A stretch of 56,692 nucleotides of DNA, the filler included, from Sphacelaria rigidula (lineage: Eukaryota): NCBI GenBank assembly GCA_964200075.2. It is 2 parts of 2 records of this genome, joined end to end, with 100 filler letters (N's around TTAATTAATTAA, not from the genome) between each part and the next. Parts side by side here need not be neighbours in the genome. Positions count along the whole stretch, not along the records: positions 1 to 28,319 come from CAXNAA020000101.1; 1 more part is not named here. One strand, 5' to 3'. The notes below the pieces were generated by a model. That model did no database searches. It saw nothing but the letters and a program-made list of their open reading frames with translations, and was not told the origin of the DNA. Below, in pieces: positions 13,356-24,592 of this stretch; the first letter of the stretch is position 1; each line of letters starts with the position of its first letter. A program made the position numbers and the translations under genes.

Positions 13356-13837
13356 CTTGCTTGTCATTGCAACAGCAGCTTACCCTCACCACAGCCCCAG
13401 CAAGGACTTGACCAGCACTGTTGTCTGTTGTTCTTGTACAGTACCACAGTAGAGATAGTTCTTTGGTAAGATCCCTTAATTACGGCACGACTTGGATCAT
13501 ATCCCGATTAACACACGAGACAAAAAGTATCAATATCAAATACTCAATGGGTATCCAGCAGTACATTTTTTTTTAATTTATAATTAGAGAAATGTAATTT
13601 CTCGGAGTCGTTTTCTACCGCGTGTTTGTCGAGGGGTCTACGTCCCAGGCGTAGGTATCTCTCGGGCATCCTGCGATATCGAGTGCACAATTTGGACCGC
13701 GGGTATGAAATACTTGAACGAGGCGAAATAAAGACGTTATCAAACACCCGTTTTCTGTCTTATTTCGTGTCGCAAAAACTATCGAAGTACGTGAGACTCG
13801 AGAGCTGACCGAAAGCGAAGAAAAGCACAAAGAAGAT
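13356..13837. promoter_or_regulatory. Divergent intergenic region (putative bidirectional promoter), AP3B/Ctr
   Basis: 482 bp between opposed start codons; promoter function inferred. Confidence 0.55.
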
Positions 13838-16800
13838 ATGGACATGGACGATGATATGAACATGGACATGGGTATGAGTATGTCCTTCTCATTCACGTGT
13901 AATGTAGGCCCCCTTCTATTTTCCTGGTGGACCATCAACAGCTGTACCTCGTTATGGCTATCTTTCATACCGGTTGTTGTTTTAGGCATCGCCAGGCACT
14001 GGGCGTTTAGCTATGTCGCGGGAGTCAAGAGGTCTGCCAAAGGGAACGCGGCGACATGCTCATCAAGTCAGTCCAGGACGACTGCTCTGCTCGAAGGAAG
14101 CACGTTCCGGTCGGATGGCTCTCCGGCGAAAGTGTGAGCTTGGGTTTGTCATCAAGTACAGATAGATATCACAGGTGTAATGGGCGGATAATGCGGATGA
14201 ATTCGAGGATACCTTGTATGCTGGACGTCTGAGGGTATGTATAAGTACAATGAGCACTGTTGTACCTGTGTTACCTGCGCGCTGTCACGATATACGCTCA
14301 CGAATCAATCAAAGGTGAGATTCGAGAGATGACAACAACCGAGAAAATCTTACTGCGACCCGTGAAGGTGCGCAGAGCCTTGTAACACGTTCGTGTTGCA
14401 TCCTTGAGGGGGAACAACAACCAGTGGCGGGCATGGTACGGTCTAACGAGGGTAGCTTGGTACGTATTTTCAATGAAATTGCATTCTGGCAGTTTTTAAC
14501 AGGTTGTTGGCCGACGCACCGAAAGCCACCTTCATTGACACATCACACATCACTTCAACCGTTTGAGCGTCGAGCGTCGAGCGTCGTTTGGGTACAACAT
14601 TTCGGCCGACTTTCTCACGGGATACGGGCAACCTTGTGCTAAAGATTTCGATGTGCAGTACAGACAGACTGCATGTAGCGGTCTTCAGACAACAGGTGCT
14701 GGCACCGCGGTGCACGTGGCGGTGAAACGGAAATGATGAGTGATGATAACCCCTCAACCGCTAGTCAAGAGCCAATGCTTGCCTGTGTTGTAATCGGGCG
14801 ATGTGTTGCGCGATGAATCGTTGACGGTGAATGACTGAGGGTAGCGTTTGGAGAATATGGGACAATACACCACGCAGTTTTCTCCGTCGTCGTTCTCATC
14901 CAGTCGAAGTTGCGCTGGTTACTGGCCCCGATATTCTCTAGTGCAGCTTCGGTGCTGTTTTGCTGTACGCTCGCTGTTGGCTATTTCCCCGAAAAACACG
15001 CCGTTGCTGCCTTAATTTCGAGCTGGGAGTCACTTCTGTCAGTGACAGGGTTAGATATAGATGAGTATATATTGTAGGACTGTACTCCACTGTCAAGTGC
15101 GGTGCAGTGCTGCGCTGCGCTGTGTTGTACGACCACTGTATTGTACCGCTGTGAGTGCTGATGCAATGCTCGATATGAAATTGCAAGACAGGTAATTACC
15201 AGGGCAGATATTGTCCGATCCATTGAGACTACGGACTCATCCTTTGGGGGAGTGAGAGTTGAGATTATAACGAAACCAGAAGCAAACCTCGCAGTCGAAA
15301 GATTAGCTCGCAATAATCCTGCATGTATCAGACGATCACGCACGAAGGTCCGAATTGACCTTGGTTGAAGACTCATCGCTCGTGTTCTGTGATGGACATT
15401 GTGATGGATCAGATGCGGTAGCAAGTTCGTGTGCTTATGGGGACTCCGAACATGAAGACGCGTGTGTGTAGAGATGCAGCTCAAACAAGTCGAGAACTTG
15501 TATAATTTTCTGGGCGCCTTTTTTTGCTGGTGCCGTTCCTTGAGTACACTGGGTGTGTGTTACGAACTAATGAGTGCTTGAAGGGTTGAGGTCGCTCTCG
15601 GCCGTGCGATCGTGAGGAGTGCTATACAACATGCAATAAAAAGAACGAGCGAACCCGCCGATTTTTGAAAAACTTCCACACACCGACGCTGGGCCCATAG
15701 CCCTAAAACTTACAAAAAGCCATTCATGCTTCGTGAATGCACACAGGTTGTAGTATCCTGTTCGCATTCCATGTATACCCGTTATGGTATGTTTCACTTT
15801 GGCTCTGCGTCCGCTCCATTTCTCGTTGTGTCGTTATTTGCTCTGTTTTCCCCCACAGCGAATCTGCAAACTTGGGGACTCGATTCATATGGACCTTGAT
15901 ATCAACTTTGGGAGGAGCATTGTCGCTGCTATCCATGTTGGTGGTGAGTGTTACGTCAGACTATCAGACTTTAAGACAGGAGTACTTTCGACGGGTTGAT
16001 CTATCTCTGGACGTATTTATTGACACACGGAACTGACTGTCAACAAGTGAAACGGGAACGTATCAACTGGCGCCCCCCGCGAAACAGGAGGTGTTTTTCT
16101 TTCCTTTTTATATCAAAACGCAAGTGGTATGAGGAGCAAAGGGTCTTCTCAGAAGAACAAGAAAGGTGCAAACCGCTTGAGGCTGTAAGGCGTGAAACTC
16201 GGTCTTGAAAACAGATAGGTTCGCGTGGTGGGGAACCTGTGATCTGAACCCTGGTTCGCTACGCTAGTCCCGTACCTAATCCTCATCTTGGAGGAGGGAG
16301 GCAGGGGATGCTTTGGACATGATGGCGTCGACGCCACTTCTGTTGTGGCGTTGCCTAGTTTGTGGCCCATGGCGCTGTGCTCAGCTGTTTGTGATGTCGA
16401 GGTAGACGGTGTTTCTGTACATGCTTCCTCGACCTTGTTCTGACTCAAATGCCGAGAGTTGCAAGCTTGTGTTCTGTAGATTATGGGGACTGGACCTCGA
16501 GTATTCATAGAAGTGTCGTTGTTGTTGTTGTTGTTGTTGTTGTTGTCGTCGTCGTCTTCATACTAAAAAACCGTTCCGATATCTACGTAGTACTCTGTAC
16601 TGGGTATCTGATGCAGACGCCTTCCGTGGTTACTATTAGTGTGCAAAAGAGGTATTTTAGCGATTATTATTCTTCGGAATCAAACCGGATTATTCGGAAC
16701 AATACTCGATACCCTGCCGGACCATACCGGAAGGTTCGGTACACATTTAGGTACGGTTCAGTATGCCAACCAAACTCTCCCCACTTCCAGGTATACCGTA

Positions 16801-17151
16801 CAGATCACAACCTTTCCTCAATTTGTATAACCATACCCCTCATGCCCCGAGCACAACCCTCTCTTGTTGCTACGAAATACCGAAAACTGTGCAGGTGATG
16901 ACTTACAACTCCGGACTGTTTATCGCGGTTCTTGTCGGTGGTGAGTTCTCCACATGCAATTCGTCACAGATACAGATACCGTGTATGTATAGGTGTGTGT
17001 TTCGTGTTTTGCCGGTCTGTTCTTAGGTTCTCGTGTTTATGCTACTCTGAGGATTGGTTCCCCCCCCCCCCCCCGTTGTTTTCTGGACTTGTTTGGCTCG
17101 TGGACACACACTAAGCCATCGCCGGAGGATGTTTTCTTCACATGCCACTAG
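13838..17151 (+). CDS. Ctr/COPT (SLC31) copper transporter, 4 exons, about 183 aa; last exon tentative
   Basis: Exons 13838-14133 (Met-rich N-terminus MDMDDDMNMDMGMSMSF, LLFSWW, TM1), 15859-15943 (TM2 ...LSLLSMLV) and 16895-16940 (VMTYNSGLFIAVLVG) splice in frame and give the diagnostic MxxxM-TYN motif. Tentative exon 17027-17151 ends in ...FTCH-stop, a Ctr-like Cys/His C-terminus. Confidence 0.88.
16515..16555. repeat. (GTT/GTC)n microsatellite
   Basis: Direct inspection. Confidence 0.9.
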
Positions 17152-19398
17152 TCTCCAACTGAATGCGCTCAGACGGGGTACACCCGATCCATGCGTTCGG
17201 CGCACGTCCTCGTCACTGCTGCTCGTACTCAAAGTTGTCTCTCAATTTACAGGAGATCGGTATAACCGAAGTACCTGCTGACATGCGATGATACTTCTCC
17301 GTCCCCGTCGTATTGTACGCCTCACCGCATTTCACGGGCACTTTTCTGCGCGCCTTTGTCGCTGCGCTCGTTGCGACGGAGCACCAACGATAATCCCGCA
17401 TGTCTTCAGCATCATTCCATATCTAAGTGCGATGGGACTGAATTTCAAAAGGACTTCCCGATAATATTCCATGGGCGGACAGTTTTTCCTCATGATGTTC
17501 TACAGCTTCCCGTTGTCGTCTTTGCAAGTTCTGTAGGCTTCGCACCTTGTGGTGGGGGACGGATGAAGATCCCGTGCGGCTATGGTGCGATTCCAATTCT
17601 AACGTGCTCGTGTTCTGAATATCATGAGAGTTTGACTGCGAACTTTCTACGCGCAGTGTGCACGAGAGTAACACGTGGAAAAACTTGAAATACGGTGTCG
17701 AAAATGAATGACCACGAGTATTCGATGATTCCAGATCTGGGGTTCGCAGCAGTAGCAGCTAGCCAGCAGCAGCAGCCAGCCAGCAGCAGGCAGTGTCCAT
17801 GGAAGGTTTCGAATGATTCTTGCAGTTTGACCTCCCCTTTTTGCCTTCCGTTGCCTTGCCTTGCTGCCTTCGTATTCGCTTTCTAGAGGCCATCGGGCAT
17901 TGGGTATTCGGTAACCATTCGCTTCCCGATACAATGCGAGCATGCCACTGAGGTTTCACGACGGACTTCGGTCGTCGCACAGCTTGGGAGGAGGGGGATA
18001 CTTCGCACGCTTCAGAATGCGCAGAGCGTGAGAAAGTTTTGGCATGTGCGCGGCTATCCAACTCTGTACTTTGTAGCGGACAATGCGTTGAGGGTTATAC
18101 AGGGAAATGTGCCATCATCCAGCGGAGCTCTTGTATGTAGAGGCGAATGAGATGGCTGCAGCGCATAACGCCGAGCGTACACATGGTTGGTGAGCTAGGC
18201 TAGACAGATTGCTACGACATATCGAGTGTATATTGCCCGGTTGTAAACATGCGTGACTAAGATATTAGTGATCCTTGTGTAGGCCTGATCAGGCGAGCTA
18301 GCCTCACGAGCAAGACTCAACTGTATTCAACGGTTTGGCTGTTCGTCTCCAGGCTAATGTGCTGGGCTCTCAATCTGCAGTGATGGAATGTCGGACTCGC
18401 ATGTGCTGTAGGGCTACGGTTTAGTTGTAAGCTCGAGTGGAACAAAGAGGTGTTCTCACGGGGCGAGTTGGATCCTGATTCAGTTCTGCTGGTGCCATTA
18501 CCCCCTGTGAGCTTTTCCGTTTTCTGCGAAGTGAGGCGTGGTGTATTTGTTTTGCACATTCGCTCAAAAACCGGAAATCTGGTTGTGGGGTGATCTAGGG
18601 ACGACATGCGTTCTTTGCTTGCTGCCTTATACAGGGCGGCTCGTTCGTGCTAACGTGGTCGGGGGAATTGCGTCGCTGTTTTGTACTAGAGTCATGGGCC
18701 AAGCGCGGTGCTCTGTGCGTGCATGTGAGGGCTGTTGGTTCGGGAGTTTCTGTCGCTTGACCTGCTTCGACTTGCATTTCGGCCTCTTGTGGTGTCCACA
18801 CAGATTGTCTTCCGGGACCACAATGTTTACCGCGATCGGATGACCCACTATGTTGGTTTTCACTTCCTTCCATGTTTGTATACTGTTTTTGTTTCAGTTA
18901 ATTCTCTCGTTAATGATGGCTTCGGAGAATCTGTTTTTGTTTTAGTGCCCGGAAGTCATCGGCAATCACGTAAATGCCGCACAATCGTGGTTGAGGCGTT
19001 AGAAGGGGCTAAAGTGCGTCCCCGCACCTGTTCTGTCAGTGGCCCATTTCGAGAAATCAAATACTATCTGTGCAACTCGGCTAAGTTTGTGGCAAGCTCG
19101 TCTACATGGCATGCACTGCATCACACGAGCGCCTCTGCTGCCGCGCATTCCTTGCTTCGACCAAGACACTGACCGCTGGTTGCTGTTCGCACTGTACATC
19201 CAAACGATGCGCACTCCAGGATGTAACATTGCAGTAAAGACTGGTGGCAACGCGTCGTAAAACATATCGGATAGCTGCCTGCTTGATCGGAGAGACGTCG
19301 AAAACTTGCGGTGAAAGCGTCCACCGAAAGAGATGAACACGCGAAGCCATGTTGAAACTGGACGGGGGGGGGCGAACATGCACCAGAGAAACCAGAAT

Positions 19399-22300
19399 TC
19401 AGGCATGCCAATCTACCCCTCTCCTCCCCGCAACACGTAATCGCTTGGTGAACCTGACACCCGGGGTATAACTCACAGATGGCTGCTGCGTCCCACGACC
19501 ACCGCTGGCGGTTTTACTACTACCACCACTACCTTCAGCATCGCTCAACAAAACCCGTGGAGACAGCGACTCAAATAAATGCTCCGCCTCATACTTGAGG
19601 TACTTGGCCCCCTCTAGCTTGGTCTCTAGAACTACCCTTCCCATAACGGGGCCTTCGATGCCTGTCCTTAAAAACTCCTCTTCAGCTCCCTGGCGCACCT
19701 CCACCACGACGACATCCCCTTTGGGTGTACAAAAACTGGCATTCATTTTGTTTTGATGGATACCAACTCCGCCCACGTTTGCCGCGAGCGTGAAATGCAC
19801 TCGAGGTACCGCGGAAGAACCACATCTTTTGTCCGTGCTTCTCTGTGGTGTTCCGTTTCGCTTACTTGTTCCACTGTTTCGTTCGTTCTTTCCTGGCGAT
19901 GGAGATGATAGTTTAGTTTTACGTTTGCTGTTTTTGCTCGTGGTGTCTTCGTCGACATCGCGATCACCTTCAAAATCGTTTGTGGCCGATGCCACACAAC
20001 CGAGTTTAGAAATCCCCTTCGTTATCGCGCTAGCGATCTGTTTGTCGTGTGCAAACTCCACTCCATCATGCACGCACGACTCGAGTGGCAGGGACGCAAA
20101 CTCTGCTTCATGCTTCTCCAAGCAGGTGAGCAAGTCTTTGTTCATCGCCATCAGTTGATCGCCTTGCAAGCTGGCCAGGCAGTGGTCAGCAGTCTCCAGT
20201 GCACTCGAGTATTTCTGAACAGCTTCGTCCAGCGCTCGAAGCTGCCCAGTGAGGTCTTGGGTCTTCACTGCCCGAGCTCCGCGTAGGTTCTACATGGCGT
20301 TTTGAACGGATGCTCATGACTTTGAGTTTTGCGTGCGACTGACGTATCAAACCACAGAATGTGTGACATTCCATGTTTGGCGCGCAAATTTGCAATTAAC
20401 GGATGAATGCCGCCGTCAGTACGCTAGGATCCTCATTCTGCTAGTTTGCAAGGTAGCAAGGATATAGTGGGTAGTCGCGAATTCAACAATGGGTGGTGAC
20501 GGGAAAGTGAATCCACCTGTGGGTGCCACCGCATGTTGGAATCATGATTCCTCTGTCTGAGAAACGATTGCCGTGTGAACAGGATACTTGAATTGTGTGG
20601 TTCGAACTTGCTCCGATTGAGCGACCAAGCTAAGTCGCAAGCCTCAAAAGGGTGCTATTGCAAGGTGCAATCTATTTCACCACTGACATGGTCGATCCAT
20701 TCAACCGACAGCGTTGTTCACTTGACTCACATGAACTACCAACACAGCGATCGATTTGTCGAGGGTTGAGGGGTTGAGATTCCTCCTTCCTTCACATGCA
20801 CCACCCATAATAAGCTTGTCCTTCAGAAGTTTTCACCTTGAGTATGGCCCTTTCTCTCAAATCCACCGCCTTTCGTAGTTCAGCAAATGTGTGGGAAGCA
20901 GCACTCTCGGCTGCCTGTGTACTTCGTTCGATACCGTGTTTGACCGCAGCAACGACTTCTACGGCGCCTTGCACAGTGGCTAACCTGCAGTCAGCGTAAG
21001 AGTTGACGATGATTCAAAGCAGTTAATATCTGGTAGAAGTTACTCGAACCACAAGTAGAATTTACTCGAATTACTGGTAGTATCATTGCACACCGAACCA
21101 CTATAATGCATGAAAAAATCACGGAAAATCAATCGCTAGCAACGCGTGAATACCGCTCGCACACGCGTGAGCGCAGTATTAAAACGAGGCGCGAAAGCGG
21201 GTATGGATGAAGATGTTGCTAGCGAAGGTGATCCCGCACTTTGATAGTGACACGAAAGTACTGTCTCTGCCGTCCATCTCGCAGAGCGGTCAACGAGCGT
21301 ACTCGACACGCGAGGCCTTCTCAACCTCTTCACCGACAACTTTGTAACGGTAGCATTTACACCGAACCAAACTTCCGACAACAATGCATACGGAGAAGCA
21401 CTGGTAAATCTAGCTCTTGTCATGATTAACACGCAAGCGTTCCTCGGATTCGCACGTACCATCGGGGGAAGATGATGAGACGACGATCGATGTGATTCAC
21501 GATCGTCTGTAAACGTAGTTGCATCATCAGGGGATACAAAACTCAACATGGAATGATCCGAAACGTCTGCAAGGTCTCTTCTTGTGGAACAAAAACAATT
21601 TCCCCCAAGAAATGCCCCTTTGAGCGATTCGGCGATTTTTTTCGAGTGTTTTGACCTTCGCGGATTGTGCCACCTCGGCAAGATTTGCCATACTTCTCAC
21701 AAGGATTGTAGCGCATGTTTCCAATCTTTCGTGTGCTCAGTTCTGAGTTCGGCCGGCCAAGCAATTTCTCAAATAAGCCACAAAAATGTTCGAGTTCTCC
21801 GCAAACACGGGTACAAAGAAAAACACACACGATAGTTTGAGGGCTGTTCGAGAAATCGTTAACCCGGCCAAAAGTCAAATTGGGTGCACGAAAGATCGGA
21901 GAAGTCCGCTATAAGAAGGCTATTGGAAAAAGTAGAAATTGTTTCTATGAAGGCACAAATCTGCCAAGGCCCGTATCCCAGCAAAAATCGGCGCTGAATC
22001 ACCACAGAGGACATTTCTCGGAGTTTTTTTTCTCGTACCATATGAAGCGGTCTAAGACAGCTTCTTGATTCGAAAAGCAATTCTCTCGGAGGAGTGCCGA
22101 TGATACCTTTCCTCTGAAGAAGCTTCTCGTCCGAGAAGATCGCAAGGTGAATTATGCCAACTCGAAGTGACACTTCACTCTTAACCCCTAGACCGCGAGG
22201 TTAGTCTTCTGTTGAATCGACATCAATTTCAAGTGAAAAACAGTATGTATGCATTATCCAGAAAGACTAATCTCGCGGTCGAAGGGAGTAAAGGACTCTG

Positions 22301-24013
22301 GCGAATTTTCGCGTATTGCAATGCACACTGCTCGACTTCGGAGTGGGTTCGGGATTTTTTGCGCTGCAGTCACTAATATTTTGAAAACGTGCCGTCACGT
22401 ATGAAAGAATGATCGATCTTCTCCTTCCTGTGCAGGAAGTTGCTCCTTCGGTCAATAATCAAACTGTGGCCCCCATCAAAAAGACACGAAGGTGCTCCTG
22501 AACCGGCTCGAAAAACGAATCATTCCAAGGTGAGGTAATCTTTCGAGCGTTTCTGTCTGGCAAACGTTTATGGCAATCTTTCATATCACCAGTCTGCAAG
22601 AAGCGACCAGACACTCTTGTTTGACGCATCCAACAGTGTAGAAAACTCAGCGTGTCATGTCGCTCTCATCTGCCGCGAGGCGCGGGGTGCTCTCGGAAGT
22701 GCAGCGTTTCCCTCATATTTTAAGGGTAATAATGTTCTTTGTGACAGTACGAGTAGACGAAGACGCTTGAGCGGATGGGTTGACAACCACTACAAAAGGA
22801 AAGTGACTGTAGAACCTCCGTCTATCACGCAGCGACGAAATAATATCGTTGTCACCTGTGTCTAAGATTGACCGTATGCCGAGTCAGGCGTGTGCGATGT
22901 TTCACCTCAAGCTCCGGAGAAGTAGCTAGAGAGATGGAGTGTCCCGAATGCTCGGTCACACTGCAGTCGTAACAGATCAGCTGCCCACAGGGCTCTGAGC
23001 AGAAGAGCTTTGCTGAGACAGCGTTATGCCGCGGGCAAAAAATTGGGATATGATGCGCCTCTGATCTCCTAGAAGTCGCCGACACTGCGGGTTGTGTGCG
23101 AACATCTCTGCGTGCTCGCGTCAAACGCACTATCTTGTGTGCCTTCGTTGCTCGGGAACGAACGTGATCCCTGACATGAAACGCACAGAGAATGCTCTCG
23201 CAATCGACGCAGCGATGTGACCCTCTTACGTTATCGTCGCATAAATCGCAGTCACGCGAATATCGCTTGATGTCTTGCAAAGCAACAATGTTATCCGTTA
23301 GTGTTGATGTGTTGGACACTCCGGTGGTGGAGATGGAGCATATCGGACAAGGGAGAGTGTCTGCTGAGCCCGATCGCTGGAAGGCTTCCTCAGCGCAGGA
23401 CTGGCAAACCGTGTGCAGGCAGCCCGAGAGAATCTTGGGAATGTGGGAGAAAGAAAGGTCCACCGTTCGTCCCAAACCGCCTGCTGCATTCCTGTCAACA
23501 GCCATCCGTCCGTATCGCACAAATTCAGATAAAACGAACGTGCAGTGCTTCGGCTTTCCCCCCGCGTGCTGCGCCGAATGATACCTGGTACTCTGCGGTA
23601 CTCTGAAGCATACGTGGCACACATGAGTCCTCGTTTTATACTGAAACCAATATAAACACAAGTTACATTCAGAAATAATGCAGGAAGACGCCTCATATTA
23701 CGAGTGCCGACAGCTTCAGCGAGCGCCTCTTGAGAAAATATTTCTTGCTGTCAGCAGTCCTGCCTGTGGTGAAGCAATACTCTCCCTCGGATTCGGACTT
23801 CAATCGTGTATGACGAGTACAAATGCAGCCTAAGGTTTCAACGGAGTAGAATGTGGCAGCACAGTAAAGTGTATACCCTACTCGTGTACTATTGCTGATA
23901 CTGTACTCCGTCTGCACTCCTACCTACCTCCGCGGTAACTCGAAGTCATTGGTGCACACGGGACACTCCAGAAAATCTTCCGTAAACCCCCTGCTCTCTC
24001 GATCAACCGACAT
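19399..24013 (-). CDS. TRIM-like RING / B-box1 / B-box2 / coiled-coil protein (putative E3 ubiquitin ligase), 4 exons, about 586 aa
   Basis: GT-AG exons 23928-24013, 22856-23491, 20837-20984 and 19399-20289 join in frame (1761 nt including stop). C3HC4 RING: CPVC...CLHTVCQSC...CPIC. B-box1: CDLC...CVDCESILCAFHVRDH...H. B-box2: CPRH...FCSEPCGQLICYDCSVTEHSGH. These are followed by a helical coiled-coil (FAELRKAVDLRERAILKNL...). Confidence 0.88.
21560..22060. repeat. Dispersed ~500-bp repeat with internal inverted arms
   Basis: Aligns with about 32370-32870 (gaaatgcccyttt-gcgattcrgcg ... aaaatcrgcgctgaat); boundaries approximate. Confidence 0.6.
22181..22291. mobile_element. piggyBac-like MITE, second copy (TRIM-like gene intron)
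   Basis: Closely similar to 11686-11790; left TTAA intact, right one degenerate. Confidence 0.8.
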
Positions 24014-24382
24014 CTGCTCGCAAACAACTTCTGTTTTGCATGTGCTCGCGGTCAGCTCCACGCACGTACAAATACGGGTGTGATATGAAACGGGTGCTGT
24101 CTTGCATAATGTATTGGGCTGTCTTGCATAATGTATTGGGCGTTGCGGTGCACTGTACTGTTGTCCAGTGGTCGTCGTGGCGGGGCATATCCGATATCTT
24201 TCCCATATCAGACGGTACAGTCCCGGGAACCGAAGTAGAAGAGGAGAAGGGACATCGACGAAACGCCACCCTATCAATGACGGTCCCGTACATGGTTCAT
24301 GACGTGGTTTTCGTTACTCATCGTTCAGACAACATTTGTGTACTGTACTGTATCGCTGCCATACGGGGTCAACGCCGGTACT
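24014..24382. promoter_or_regulatory. Divergent intergenic region (putative bidirectional promoter), TRIM-like/plastid protein
   Basis: 369 bp between opposed start codons; contains a 22-bp direct duplication at 24096-24139. Confidence 0.45.
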
Positions 24383-24592
24383 ATGCGTACTCCGTTCGCA
24401 CCGCTAGCACCATTTTTGCTGCTAGATTTGGCGAGAAGCTTTATTGTGCCTAGTAGAGTTACCTCAGCTATTGTTAGCAGCACTTCGGTACGTCGACATG
24501 TAGTTCGCCCTTCGGTACCAGGAGCAGCTGCGCCCAAGATGTCCTCGTATCCTGATTATGTGCCCAAAGATATCGAAGACATCCAGGAACCG
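24383..24592 (+). CDS. First exon of a nucleus-encoded plastid-targeted protein (possibly an alpha/beta-hydrolase)
   Basis: Translates as MRTPFAPLAPFLLLDLARS|FIVPSRVTSAIVSSTSVRRHVVRPSVPGAAAPKMSSYPDYVPKDIEDIQEP, followed by donor GTGAGC at 24593. It has a signal peptide, an ASAFAP-like cleavage site (ARS-F) and an S/T/R-rich, acid-free transit peptide. The hydrolase guess rests on recalled similarity only; later exons were not found. Confidence 0.6.

Noticed and set aside
13356..13837. GTAC copper-response elements upstream of Ctr
   Set aside because: Four GTAC in 482 bp is near chance in this GTAC-rich sequence, and the CRR1/SPL7 (SBP) system belongs to the green lineage.
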